From: Nitrospirota bacterium
GTDB taxonomy: Bacteria; Nitrospirota; UBA9217
Reading direction: 5' to 3'
Assembly: GCA_963845065.1 (NCBI GenBank)
Contig: CAWJQQ010000009.1
Coordinates: forward strand, 1,216,001 to 1,280,000
DNA: 64,000 nt
Shown: positions 10,371-20,211 of the stretch, in pieces
Numbering within the stretch: the first letter of the stretch is position 1
Layout of the letters: each line of letters starts with the position of its first letter
Notes under the pieces: generated by a model
Told to the model about the DNA's origin: nothing
The model's input: only the letters and a program-made list of their open reading frames with translations
The model's database searches: none
Program-made: the position numbers and the translations under genes

Positions 10371-10644
10371 ATGAAAAAGAAAAGGGCACAAAAATAACAT
10401 TATTTCTTGTATTCTTTTTCTTGACTTCTGTATTCGGCCAGTCCATGAATGTCACCGAGGCGGTTCTCCCGAACGGGCTCAGGGTGCCGCTCATGGAAGA
10501 GCACAAAGCGCCAGTCGTAACGTTCCAGGCATGTTACAGAGTGTGGCTCGAGAAGGTATACGGCGTGTGGCGAAGACATACTTCCGTCCGGAAAGGATGG
10601 TAATTGTAGTGGTGGCGAACCAGGAAAAGACGAAACTGAAATAA
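10371..10644 (+). pseudogene. M16 peptidase deletion scar
   Basis: Frameshifted signal peptide plus an M16 N-terminus (VLPNGLRV..EEHKAPVV), joined to an M16-like C-terminus (RRVAKTYFRPERMVIVVVA). Confidence 0.7.
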
Positions 10645-10774
10645 TGATCAGAGAAGGAGCGGATAAACCTGGATCTAGACAGAATAGTCGGAAACGATTA
10701 AAATTATTACAACTTTGCTCTTTGTTTATATGATTCTATCTCTATGTTCGTGTTAATCAGCAGTTAAGTGCCCT

Positions 10775-12562
10775 ATGTCTTCAATAATCAACATTCTCCC
10801 CGACCACATCATCAACAAGATCGCAGCCGGCGAAGTGGTGGAGCGCCCTGCATCAGTCGTCAAGGAACTGATTGAAAATTCTATCGACGCCGGTGCTACT
10901 GAGATATTCATTGATATCGAAAAGGCGGGCACGCAGCTCATCCGCATCTGGGACAACGGCAGCGGCATGTCAAAGGAAGATGCGAAGACCGCGTTTCTGC
11001 GACATGCAACGAGTAAAATCAGCGATGAAGCTGACCTCGAGGCAATACGAACTATGGGTTTCCGCGGCGAAGCGCTTTCGAGCATTGCAGCGGTATCCCA
11101 GATTAGGATGGTGACTGCCACTTCGGGAAATTCCAATGGGGTCATGATCGAGATCGAGGGAGGGACGGTAAAGGCCATAAAAGACGCCGCAGCGCCGCAA
11201 GGTACATCGTTTGAAGTTGCCCACTTGTTTTACAACACGCCTGCCCGTCTCAAGTTCTTAAAAAGCGACACGACAGAATTTTCGCATATTTTGAGTGCAG
11301 TGTCCAGAGAGGCAATGGCTAATCCATCCATCAGGTTCAAACTTGCACACAACAAGAAGCCGATACTCGACCTGCCGCTCTCGTCAAGCGTGAAAGAGAG
11401 AGCCTTCCAGTTGTACGGTAATGAGGTCGTGGAAAACGTCATACCATTCTCGGGCGGAAGAGACAACGTTCACATTCACGGCCTTATAGGACGCCCCATC
11501 TTTAGTCGTGCAGATCGCACCTATCAAGACTTTTACGTAAACAGTCGTGCAGTGAAGAGCGCCTCGCTTACGCACGCTCTATACAGCGCATACGGTGACA
11601 TGCTGATGCGCGACCGGCATCCTGTGGGTTTCATTTTTATTGAGATAGACCCTTCTCTCGTTGATGTGAATGTTCATCCTGCCAAAGCGGAAGTACGGTT
11701 TCGGAACCAGTCTCAGATCCATGATCTACTTCGGGACGTGATCAGGGAAGGGCTGCGTTTACACGGGATGCCGGTGATTGAGACCTTCACCGAAACGGAA
11801 AATTACAATACCGCCGTAAGAGAGGCGTTATCCGATTATTTGAAGGGCCAGCCTATAGACCAAACGACGTCGTTTTTCGGGCGACGAAAGAGTGATATCA
11901 CTGCACCGGCCCTGCAGTTCGAGCCAGATGATTCCCGGAAAACAACCTACTCCGCTCTCGAAAGTCAGACCTCGATTTATTCCGCGCACGATCTTTTCCC
12001 CGTGGCGCAAATTCACGACTCTTTTATTATTGCACAGTCGAAAGAAGGTATGGCTATCATCGACCAGCACGCGGCCCATGAGCGAGTGTTGTTCGAGAAT
12101 CTGCAAGATCAATTAGAGTTGGGAACGGTGCCAATCCAGAACCTCCTAGTGCCCGACCAGGTTGAACTCGGACCTGCCCAGAGTGGTATGTTGTCGGAAT
12201 ATCTGCCTGAGTTGAGCAAGGTCGGTTTTCTTGTCGAAGATTTCGGTAGCGGTACGTATATGATCAAGGCAGTGCCAGCGCTTCTCGTCGGTGCCGATTA
12301 TAAACAGCTTCTACTTGATGTCCTGGATGAAGTAAATGTCCTCGGCAACAGCAATAAAATGGAAAAGATTAGAACCGAGATCTTAAGCGTGATGGCCTGC
12401 CATCCGGCAATTAAGATTCATCGGCATCTCGATCACGCTGAGATGGAAGTGCTGCTCCATAATCTTTTTAAATGCCGCATGCCGCACACGTGCCCACACG
12501 GCAGGCCTACGGTCATCAGGTATTCCATGAACGATATCAGGAAGATGTTTAAAAGGATATAG
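10775..12562 (+). CDS. mutL: DNA mismatch repair endonuclease MutL
   Basis: IAAGEVVERP, GFRGEAL, DQHAAHER, CPHGRP. Confidence 0.98.
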   Translation: MSSIINILPDHIINKIAAGEVVERPASVVKELIENSIDAGATEIFIDIEKAGTQLIRIWDNGSGMSKEDAKTAFLRHATSKISDEADLEAIRTMGFRGEALSSIAAVSQIRMVTATSGNSNGVMIEIEGGTVKAIKDAAAPQGTSFEVAHLFYNTPARLKFLKSDTTEFSHILSAVSREAMANPSIRFKLAHNKKPILDLPLSSSVKERAFQLYGNEVVENVIPFSGGRDNVHIHGLIGRPIFSRADRTYQDFYVNSRAVKSASLTHALYSAYGDMLMRDRHPVGFIFIEIDPSLVDVNVHPAKAEVRFRNQSQIHDLLRDVIREGLRLHGMPVIETFTETENYNTAVREALSDYLKGQPIDQTTSFFGRRKSDITAPALQFEPDDSRKTTYSALESQTSIYSAHDLFPVAQIHDSFIIAQSKEGMAIIDQHAAHERVLFENLQDQLELGTVPIQNLLVPDQVELGPAQSGMLSEYLPELSKVGFLVEDFGSGTYMIKAVPALLVGADYKQLLLDVLDEVNVLGNSNKMEKIRTEILSVMACHPAIKIHRHLDHAEMEVLLHNLFKCRMPHTCPHGRPTVIRYSMNDIRKMFKRI

Positions 12563-12722
12563 CAGTCTAGGCACAGACCGGGTTCGTAGTGATTGCCATT
12601 CAGGAGGTGGCATTGAAAGAGATCATTCCTGTTGCCAGTTTGGTTTCCTTTTTGAGGTTTGTATTGCGGCGCATGCGGCAGTTACTTGGCAAAAAAAGAG
12701 TATCTAATCGAGATCGCCACTG

Positions 12723-13676
12723 ATGAAAGAACAGCTTAATAAACCTATACTGATCTTGGCAGGCCCTACCGCGGTCGGTAAAACGGATTTATCTATTCTC
12801 CTTGGACAGGAGCTTTGCGCGGAGATCGTGAGTGCAGATTCCATGCAAATATACCGCGGCATGAACATCGGCACGGCCAAACCTACACCGGAACAGCGCA
12901 AACTTATATATCATCATATGATTGACGTGGTGGAGCCGAACCAGCCTTATAGCGTTGGCGATTACCTTCGCGACGCACGTTCGGCTATCGATGGCATTAT
13001 TGCAGCCGGCGGGATTCCCATCGTGGTCGGCGGGACTGGGCTTTATATACGCGCGCTAATGCGGGGACTCTTCCACGGACCGCCTGCGGACATCCAACTT
13101 CGCGAGCGGCTGCTGCAACGGGAAGTAGAGATGGAGCCAGGTGTACTTTACGGCGACTTGGTGAAAGTAGACCCAGAGGCTGCGGTAAAAATCCATCCGA
13201 ACGATCTCAGGCGTACGATGCGTGCGCTGGAGGTGTACTACCTTCGTGATAGGAAACTTTCCGAATTCCAGCGCGATCATGCGTTCCGGGACCGACCATA
13301 TCGATTTCGCTTACTCTTCCTAGTGAGGAGTAGAAGTGAACTCTATCCGCGAATTGAGAAGCGCATAGACCACATGCTCGATCAGGGACTAGAGTCGGAG
13401 GTCAAAACATTGATGGATCGCGGATACGGCCCTGACCTGATATCGATGCAAGGGCTGGGGTACAAACATTTCATGGCTAATTTCTTAGGCAGAACTTCTC
13501 GGGAAGAAGCAGTCTCGTTGCTCAAGCGTGACACAAAGCGATATGCTAAACGCCAATTCACCTGGTTTAGACGCGAGCCCGATGCGACGTGGGTTGACAT
13601 CACAGGTCTCGTAAGCGCAGAGGATATTTTGGAACGAATAAAGAAATACGTTGAAATTTCAAAGAAGTTAGTATAA
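12723..13676 (+). CDS. miaA: tRNA dimethylallyltransferase
   Basis: GPTAVGKT, DSMQIY, GGTGLY, YAKRQFTW. In mutL-miaA-hfq synteny. Confidence 0.97.
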   Translation: MKEQLNKPILILAGPTAVGKTDLSILLGQELCAEIVSADSMQIYRGMNIGTAKPTPEQRKLIYHHMIDVVEPNQPYSVGDYLRDARSAIDGIIAAGGIPIVVGGTGLYIRALMRGLFHGPPADIQLRERLLQREVEMEPGVLYGDLVKVDPEAAVKIHPNDLRRTMRALEVYYLRDRKLSEFQRDHAFRDRPYRFRLLFLVRSRSELYPRIEKRIDHMLDQGLESEVKTLMDRGYGPDLISMQGLGYKHFMANFLGRTSREEAVSLLKRDTKRYAKRQFTWFRREPDATWVDITGLVSAEDILERIKKYVEISKKLV

Positions 13677-13745
13677 GATTTAATAAAATTATTTTGTCGC
13701 GAGCATGCTGAGCGCAGTTTCTCGCATCTTTTTTCGGAGGGGTGG

Positions 13746-14012
13746 ATGGGAAAGTCGCAGGTAAATCTTCAGGATATTTTCTTAAACCAGATGCGCAAAG
13801 AAAAAATTCCAGTAACAATGTATCTTGTCAACGGTGCACGACTCATGGGGACGATTAAGGGGTTCGATAACTTTGTCATACTCCTCAAGCAGGACAACCA
13901 ACAGCTTGTTTATAAACACGCTATTTCAACCATCATACCGGAAAAGCCTGTTGAGCTTCTTGATCACGTCGAGATAAAAAAAGAATCAGAACAGAGTGTA
14001 ACACAAACGTGA
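13746..14012 (+). CDS. hfq: RNA chaperone Hfq
   Basis: NLQDIFLN...YLVNG...FDNF...YKHAISTI. Confidence 0.97.
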   Translation: MGKSQVNLQDIFLNQMRKEKIPVTMYLVNGARLMGTIKGFDNFVILLKQDNQQLVYKHAISTIIPEKPVELLDHVEIKKESEQSVTQT

Positions 14013-14140
14013 GTAACGTGTTTCGATCAGAATCATACATATAAACAACGAGTTTACATCATGTGACACGTGGTTACGTTTTGCCTTCAGCAGTAATCAG
14101 TGAAAATCTGCATCACGAGATTATAAGGAATAGTTCTAAC

Positions 14141-15046
14141 ATGGCAAAGCGGAGTGAGCAGTCGGGGAAAATCAGCATTGGCGTCATTGGCGGCAGCGGT
14201 CTCTACGAGATGGAAGGGCTGACGCAGTTAAAAACCATAAAAATTACAACCCCTTTCGGCAAACCATCCGATGATTACATCCTTGGCACGTTGCACAACA
14301 AACGCGTGGCATTTCTTCCCCGTCATGGACGTGGTCACCGCATGCTCCCCACTGACATTAACTATCGTGCAAATATATATGGAATGAAAAAACTCGGCGT
14401 AGAACAGATCATCTCCGTCAGCGCCGTAGGTAGCATGAAGGAAGAAATAAAGCCCGGCGACATCGTGATCCCGCACCAATTCTACGACCTTACGAAGCAT
14501 CGTAGGAGCACATTTTTTGGCAACGGCGTCGTCGCGCATGTGGGCATGGCTGACCCGGTATGCGCAGATCTCTGTACGGTCCTGACAGACGCAGGCATAC
14601 ACGTGGGTGCAACGGTCCATCGTGATGGCACTTATATATGCATGGAGGGGCCGCAGTTCTCGACGCGTGCCGAATCGCTCACCTATCGGCAGTGGAACGT
14701 CGATGTGATCGGCATGACGAACGCCACCGAGGCCAAACTCGCGCGGGAAGCTGAAATTTGCTACAGCACAATCGCACTGGCAACAGATTACGACTGCTGG
14801 CATCACAGTGAGGAGGTTGTTACCGTCGAGGCGGTGCTCGAAGTCATGAAGCATAATGTCGAGACATCGAAGGCCATGATACGCGAGGCAGTTCGCAGAC
14901 TACCGGCCTCGCGCACCTGTTCCTGCGGCGACGCGCTAAGGAACACCATCATGACACCTGAGAAGTTGATCCCGGCGAAGACGAAGAAAGATCTCGCACC
15001 TATCATCGGGAAATATATGAAAAAAAATAGATTTACGTCGGCTTGA
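14141..15046 (+). CDS. mtnP: S-methyl-5'-thioadenosine phosphorylase
   Basis: GVIGGSGLY, RHGRGH, EGPQFSTRAES, GMTN, TDYDCW. Confidence 0.95.
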   Translation: MAKRSEQSGKISIGVIGGSGLYEMEGLTQLKTIKITTPFGKPSDDYILGTLHNKRVAFLPRHGRGHRMLPTDINYRANIYGMKKLGVEQIISVSAVGSMKEEIKPGDIVIPHQFYDLTKHRRSTFFGNGVVAHVGMADPVCADLCTVLTDAGIHVGATVHRDGTYICMEGPQFSTRAESLTYRQWNVDVIGMTNATEAKLAREAEICYSTIALATDYDCWHHSEEVVTVEAVLEVMKHNVETSKAMIREAVRRLPASRTCSCGDALRNTIMTPEKLIPAKTKKDLAPIIGKYMKKNRFTSA

Positions 15047-15143
15047 CACAGACATAGATATCCCTTTTGGATATTATTTTTTCGCTTGTATCTGTTTACA
15101 GAATGTCCATTCAGACCGCATCGTATATTTGGGAGGCTAGTTC

Positions 15144-16052
15144 GTGAGTTTGCTCGTTGTGGGTACAGTTGCCCTGGACTCAGTCAAAACCCCTTTCGGA
15201 AATGTTGACAATGCCCTTGGTGGCTCAGCAACTTATTTTTCCACCTCAGCGAGTTATTTCACCGATGTACGGCTTGTAGCTGTGATCGGAGAAGATTTTC
15301 CAAAAGAACATATCCAGTTTCTTAAGAGTAAAAAAGTTGATACACGCGGTCTTGAAGTCCAAAAGGGTGAGACGTTCCGATGGAAAGGCGAGTACGGATA
15401 CGATCTCAACGAAGCGCATACACTTGCCACACACCTGAACGTACTGGCGACCTTTAAGCCGAACATTAATAATGATTTTAAAACCTCCGACGTCGTGTTC
15501 CTTGCAAACGTCGACCCGGACATACAGCTAGATGTCCTCAGGCAGGTTGAGACACCGAAACTTGTGGCGTGTGATACTATGAATTACTGGATTTCGAGCA
15601 AGCTTGAAGCTTTGAAACGTACGCTGAAGGAAGTGGATCTTCTTACAATCAACGAAGCAGAAATCAGACAGCTGGCTGGCGAGTCGAGCCTTGTGAAAGC
15701 AGCAAAGAGCGTGCAGAACATGGGGCCGAAAACTATCATCGTAAAGCAGGGAAGTTACGGAGCGCTCATGTTTAACGGCCATAGCGTGTTCAGTGCGCCC
15801 GCCTATCCGCTTGAATCGGTGTTCGACCCCACCGGAGCAGGGGATACGTTTGCAGGCGGCTTTATGGGATACCTTGCGAGCACGATGAATTTTACTGAGG
15901 ACAGCATGCGGAAAGCAGTGATCTTTGGCAGCGTCATGGCATCATTAAACGTAGAGGCATTCAGCCTCGATCGTCTCAGAAGCCTGGATTACAAGGAAAT
16001 CGAGGATAGGTACCGCGAGTTTAAAAAGCTGACCCATTTTGAGGATATCTGA
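15144..16052 (+). CDS. PfkB-family carbohydrate/nucleoside kinase
   Basis: GGSATY and DPTGAGDTFAGGF. Confidence 0.92.
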   Translation: MSLLVVGTVALDSVKTPFGNVDNALGGSATYFSTSASYFTDVRLVAVIGEDFPKEHIQFLKSKKVDTRGLEVQKGETFRWKGEYGYDLNEAHTLATHLNVLATFKPNINNDFKTSDVVFLANVDPDIQLDVLRQVETPKLVACDTMNYWISSKLEALKRTLKEVDLLTINEAEIRQLAGESSLVKAAKSVQNMGPKTIIVKQGSYGALMFNGHSVFSAPAYPLESVFDPTGAGDTFAGGFMGYLASTMNFTEDSMRKAVIFGSVMASLNVEAFSLDRLRSLDYKEIEDRYREFKKLTHFEDI

Positions 16053-16148
16053 TAAATAATATTAACATTTCCGTAAAACTTCTGACGCTACATCTTAGAG
16101 AACGATTTTGTGCCTTTGACTTTATATGATGGAATTATTGTGAAGACG

Positions 16149-17126
16149 ATGTTCATCATCGATACTGACATAAAAGACCTCAAAGTAAGGGAAAGGAACA
16201 TGGTAAAGGCGTTCTTTTCCATGAACAATCACCAGGTAGCGACGCCTGAAATGATGTCTGAGGAGGCGCGGAGCTACATCATCTTTTTTCGCGAGGCGGA
16301 CGGGAAGATGTCTGCCTACATTGGGATACACCTTCTTCTTACAGGAAGGAAGCTGTTCTATTCCCATACTTCCAATCCCTTCTTTGAACGGGATTTGAGC
16401 TCGGTAGAAGAAGATGCACGCTCATTTGCTGAAGGTCTCGGTGCGATGCTCGATGAAGTTAGTCTGTCTACGATGTCCCGTGACGCAAAGGAACACTGGA
16501 TAGATTCACAAAACATTTTTGATCCGGAACATGAAAAGTCTGTAGTACCTGCAGCTCTGGCGACATCTTCACAGGCACCATCAGTGGCCGAGACTCTTTC
16601 CATTTCACAGCAACATCTGCAATTACAGCCTGTGCCCCCGGCCCAAAACATTGGGCAGTCTCCTCAAACGCAGCCCATACCAGCTTCGGCTATGACTCAG
16701 CCCTCTCAGTCGCAACAGGTCCAAGCCGCGACTGTTCCGCTAGCACCGACGGATCAACTTTCTCCACAGAAACAGCAGAGCCAACAGCAATCGGTGCTGC
16801 AGCGCATTTCATCGGAGCCAATCATTCCCGATGCCAAGAAGATAACACCAGCTCTGGCGCCTCTAGCGAACTTGCAGCAGCAGGCAGAAAAGGCTGCTCC
16901 TTCACAGCACTCAGAGGAAGAGAGTCGAGAATTCCCCAAACAGGCTAATACCAAGACAGTACCTGCATCGACGTTGCCAAAGGAACAGCTCAACATCATT
17001 CAGGAGGCAATTAAGGCAGGAATCGTAAAACCGAAGAAGCCGACGATGAAAAAGGATGTCCAAGCCGCAACTGGTGTCGTAAGCAGAGACCGGGAAGCGC
17101 TGGCCCGCCTCCTTGCATCGTTTTGA
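16149..17126 (+). CDS. Conserved protein upstream of tgl/pilF, with a Q/P-rich linker and C-terminal LARLLASF
   Basis: Globular N-terminal domain of ~130 aa, low-complexity middle and a short conserved-looking tail. From recall, it resembles the gene preceding tgl in myxobacteria. Confidence 0.65.
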   Translation: MFIIDTDIKDLKVRERNMVKAFFSMNNHQVATPEMMSEEARSYIIFFREADGKMSAYIGIHLLLTGRKLFYSHTSNPFFERDLSSVEEDARSFAEGLGAMLDEVSLSTMSRDAKEHWIDSQNIFDPEHEKSVVPAALATSSQAPSVAETLSISQQHLQLQPVPPAQNIGQSPQTQPIPASAMTQPSQSQQVQAATVPLAPTDQLSPQKQQSQQQSVLQRISSEPIIPDAKKITPALAPLANLQQQAEKAAPSQHSEEESREFPKQANTKTVPASTLPKEQLNIIQEAIKAGIVKPKKPTMKKDVQAATGVVSRDREALARLLASF

Positions 17127-17141
17127 AAGGGGTACGCTACA

Positions 17142-17882
17142 ATGAGAACCGCAGTACTGATGGTCCTTCTGGTTTTTACCGGTTGCGTTTCAACCGGCTC
17201 TACAATAGATAAGGCAAAGATGTCTGAAGGGTATTATACGAAAGGGCTTTCCTATCTACAGGAAAAAAACCTTGAACTCGCATCAGTCGAATTCAATCGG
17301 TCTATACAGACTGACAGCACTAACAAGCTGCCCTACTACGGATTGGGAATCATCAGCGACTACCAGGGGAAATTAGAAGATGCACGGAAATACTATGAGC
17401 AGGCCCTCGACCGGGACTCGAATTTCTCCGAAGCATACAATGCCCTCGGCGTTGTCTACTTCAAACAACAAAAATGGAAAGAGGCAATAAAGGCTTTCAA
17501 TAAAGCTCTCGCGAACAAACTTTACACGACCCCTCATATTCCCTTAATCAACCTTGGGGATTTGTACATGGCGCAAAAAGACTATACGAAAGCCATAGAA
17601 GCCTATCGCGAGTCAACTCAGTATGCCAACCTAGATTTTACTATCCAAAAACTTGGTACTGCACTATTCGAGGCGGGTCGGATCAAGGAGGCGATCAGTG
17701 AATTCCAGGAAGGGGTGACGGTCGCTCCACAAAATGCGTCCATGAGGTTCAGCCTTGCCGTGGCGTTTTTGAAAGACGGTAATAAAAAGGCCGCTTTAGC
17801 AGAGTTTAAAAAAGTGACCGACCTTGATCCTAAGAGCGATATTGCCCATAAAGCAAAAGACTATGTAAGAACCCTGAGGTGA
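17142..17882 (+). CDS. TPR lipoprotein, PilF/PilW/Tgl-like pilotin
   Basis: Lipobox FTGC, TPR repeats, ALANKLYTTP motif. Upstream of rodZ. Confidence 0.8.
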   Translation: MRTAVLMVLLVFTGCVSTGSTIDKAKMSEGYYTKGLSYLQEKNLELASVEFNRSIQTDSTNKLPYYGLGIISDYQGKLEDARKYYEQALDRDSNFSEAYNALGVVYFKQQKWKEAIKAFNKALANKLYTTPHIPLINLGDLYMAQKDYTKAIEAYRESTQYANLDFTIQKLGTALFEAGRIKEAISEFQEGVTVAPQNASMRFSLAVAFLKDGNKKAALAEFKKVTDLDPKSDIAHKAKDYVRTLR

Positions 17883-17886
17883 TTGG

Positions 17887-18864
17887 ATGGGGACGTTAGG
17901 AAACTACTTGCGGAGTGCCCGGGAGGCGCGGGGAATCGACCTGCGCGAAGCCGCCCAGCAGACCCGTATCAGCCTTCAATATCTGAAGGCCCTCGAATCG
18001 GAAGATTTTTCTAAACTGCCGGGGGCGGTGTTTGTCAGGGGCTTCCTGAAAAATTATAGCAAATTCCTACAGCTTGACGCAACCGAGGTAATGAAAAAAT
18101 TCGGAGAATTGCAGCAAACACCACCTCTTGTCATTGCAGCGCAGGCTTCCCAGAAGGAATCTACGACAACCGTAGAGGAACCTGAGACAAACACGTCCAC
18201 AAAATTCCCGTATGAACCCCTTATCTGGGGCACAGCCATTGCTATTGTCCTTGTGATTGCCCTGTTTGCAACACTCCCAAAGCGACATCGGAAAGAGATT
18301 CAGCAGCCTCCAGCAACGTCCGCGTTGATAGGGTCGATGCCTGCTACAACTGGCGAACAGCTGAAGCCGGAGAAACTCTATCTCGAAGTAATCGCCCTTG
18401 AGGACACTTGGCTATTAGTCAGGATCGATACGAGCCCACAAAAAAAAGCAATCTTAACAAAAGGGGAAAGCCTCATCTGGAGCGCAGATGAACGATTTCA
18501 GCTCAGTTTTGGCAGCGCCGGAGCTCTACGTTTGGTACTAAACGGCAAGGAGCTGAATGTTGACGAGCCGAAGGACACAGTAATCAGAGACATGACCATT
18601 ACTAGTGCAGGTATACTGAACCGGAATATCCAGACCGATTATGGTCGGCCCCTCAAAAGAAAACAACTTGCCCCGTCAACTAAAATGCAGTCCCTGCCTT
18701 CATCAACTGAAATACAATCGAAGCCTTCTGCATCATCAACTGAAATACAATCGAAGTCTTCTCAGACTGTTAAAGAGCAGGTCCGTGATCAACATCTGAA
18801 AACTGCACCGGTCAACACAATTCCAGTGCCGAAAACGCCTAATAACGGCATAACACTCCCGTAG
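17887..18864 (+). CDS. rodZ: RodZ-like HTH/TM/DUF4115 protein
   Basis: LGNYLRSARE...LPGAVFVRGFLKNY, a single TM, then a LEVIALEDTWL...GSAGAL domain. Confidence 0.85.
   Translation: MGTLGNYLRSAREARGIDLREAAQQTRISLQYLKALESEDFSKLPGAVFVRGFLKNYSKFLQLDATEVMKKFGELQQTPPLVIAAQASQKESTTTVEEPETNTSTKFPYEPLIWGTAIAIVLVIALFATLPKRHRKEIQQPPATSALIGSMPATTGEQLKPEKLYLEVIALEDTWLLVRIDTSPQKKAILTKGESLIWSADERFQLSFGSAGALRLVLNGKELNVDEPKDTVIRDMTITSAGILNRNIQTDYGRPLKRKQLAPSTKMQSLPSSTEIQSKPSASSTEIQSKSSQTVKEQVRDQHLKTAPVNTIPVPKTPNNGITLP
18700..18762 (+). repeat. 33-bp tandem duplication in the rodZ 3' end (SSTEIQSK x2)
   Basis: tcatcaactgaaatacaatcgaag occurs at 18700 and 18733. Confidence 0.9.
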
Positions 18865-18898
18865 CCCAAAAGAGCTGCGCTAAAAGAAGCCCCGCCCT

Positions 18899-18999
18899 GC
18901 AGGATGTCCGACAATTCAAATTTTGGTAAATCGGCGAACATAAATTCAATGACATATGAGGCTAAAAATCGGAATGATTGTCATTGTCGGACAACCTAC
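18899..18999. mobile_element. ~100-bp MITE-like element
   Basis: Imperfect TIRs gcaggatgtccgacaat / attgtcggacaacctac (15/17). No ORF. Confidence 0.6.
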
Positions 19000-19146
19000 T
19001 TGGAGCGGAGTAAGTTACTGAAATGTGCGATTCTCATGAACGGAGATGCGGAAACAGGAACCAGTTCCGTCGGAGGATGACGTGTCCGCATCGGAGATGG
19101 GCTCAATAGGTATTTCCCAATCGAGGGCCATTATAAAACCTGTCAT

Positions 19147-19270
19147 TGAATACCCAGCAGTTTTACTGCTGGGATGAAAAGGACAATCCTGACGAAGTCA
19201 GGATAAGCATCTGTTTGGTTTTAGGTTCTATCGGTTTTGATGCCCCGCAGCTCTGCTGCGGGGTAATTCA
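19147..19270. mobile_element. Palindrome-associated miniature element (IS200/REP-like)
   Basis: Three perfect hairpins (19153-19173, 19186-19204, 19243-19263) and related inverted ends TGAATACCC.. / ..GGGGTAATTCA. Confidence 0.6.
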
Positions 19271-19455
19271 CTCTAATACTCGGCACGATTCAATATATCT
19301 CAAGAGCGTCGTCGTAGATATCAATCTGAATTTTCCTCTAGTGCGCCTCGACAGCGCAGGTAATGATCTTAGAACATTTATTATGGGTGACTATGAATTA
19401 TGAATTATCGTCATCAGGAACCCTAAAGAAGACCGAACGGTTTTAGCAACTCGGT

Positions 19456-19487
19456 GAGTCCTTGGATTTATTCATGGGGAGGTTCAG
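19456..19487 (+). mobile_element. Orphan IS605-type right end
   Basis: catggggaggttcag is identical to the last 15 nt of the element ending at 55923. Confidence 0.65.
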
Positions 19488-19683
19488 TGTCTTCAGTATT
19501 GGATCGGTGTTGAATTGCAACTCTTCAGAAGATTGTCAGTTCACGCAGGATGGACCGATTCAAAAGTAATTTTCATTGGCAACTCAGAGATATAAAAACC
19601 GTAGATTTCGGACTTATCTATCATTCTATACAGGTTGTGATAGCATTGCAATAACTGGTTCTGCAGCAAGAGACCGGGTTATT

Positions 19684-20160
19684 TTATTTTCTGTCGACCA
19701 TCTTTTTTACGTGTGACCCAGGCCAATAGATCCTGCAGCATTTCGGACATTGAAAAAAAACAGTATTTTTGTCACAGACGTGCTGCGGCACAAGGTCCCG
19801 GATTTCATGCTTCGCAATGGGAACGATAGGTTCATTGCATTTGGAACATCGTGTGAAGGGTGCTGTCTTTACGAGAAAATCGGATCGGACCTGTTCCAAT
19901 TGCTCAGCGACTAGTTCACTCTTAATGAATAAGTGCTTTATTGCAAGTGGTCTTGCGGATAGTGCCTTATCGCGTGTGAGGATCAAGCGGTCCTGTTCGA
20001 GTGATAGGCGGATGATCTCATTGTCATTTAAAGCGGGATCGTAGAAGACGTCAATCCCCAGGATACGCATCCTCTTTGCAAGCTTACCCAGCATTGCGTC
20101 GGCGATGAATTTCATCGAAATATCCCTCGCATCCGCAGGTTGAAACAGAATTAAACTCAA
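19684..20160 (-). CDS. Mut7-C RNase (PIN-like) domain protein
   Basis: FIADAMLGKLAKRMRILG, LTRD, CSKCN...CPKC.RIYWPGSH. True start is probably the internal MKFIAD. Confidence 0.9.
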   Translation of the reverse strand: MSLILFQPADARDISMKFIADAMLGKLAKRMRILGIDVFYDPALNDNEIIRLSLEQDRLILTRDKALSARPLAIKHLFIKSELVAEQLEQVRSDFLVKTAPFTRCSKCNEPIVPIAKHEIRDLVPQHVCDKNTVFFQCPKCCRIYWPGSHVKKMVDRK

Positions 20161-20211
20161 TAGGCCATCAAAGTTCGCTTAATCATTGATGCCATTCCAT
20201 TGCTCTAGGTT

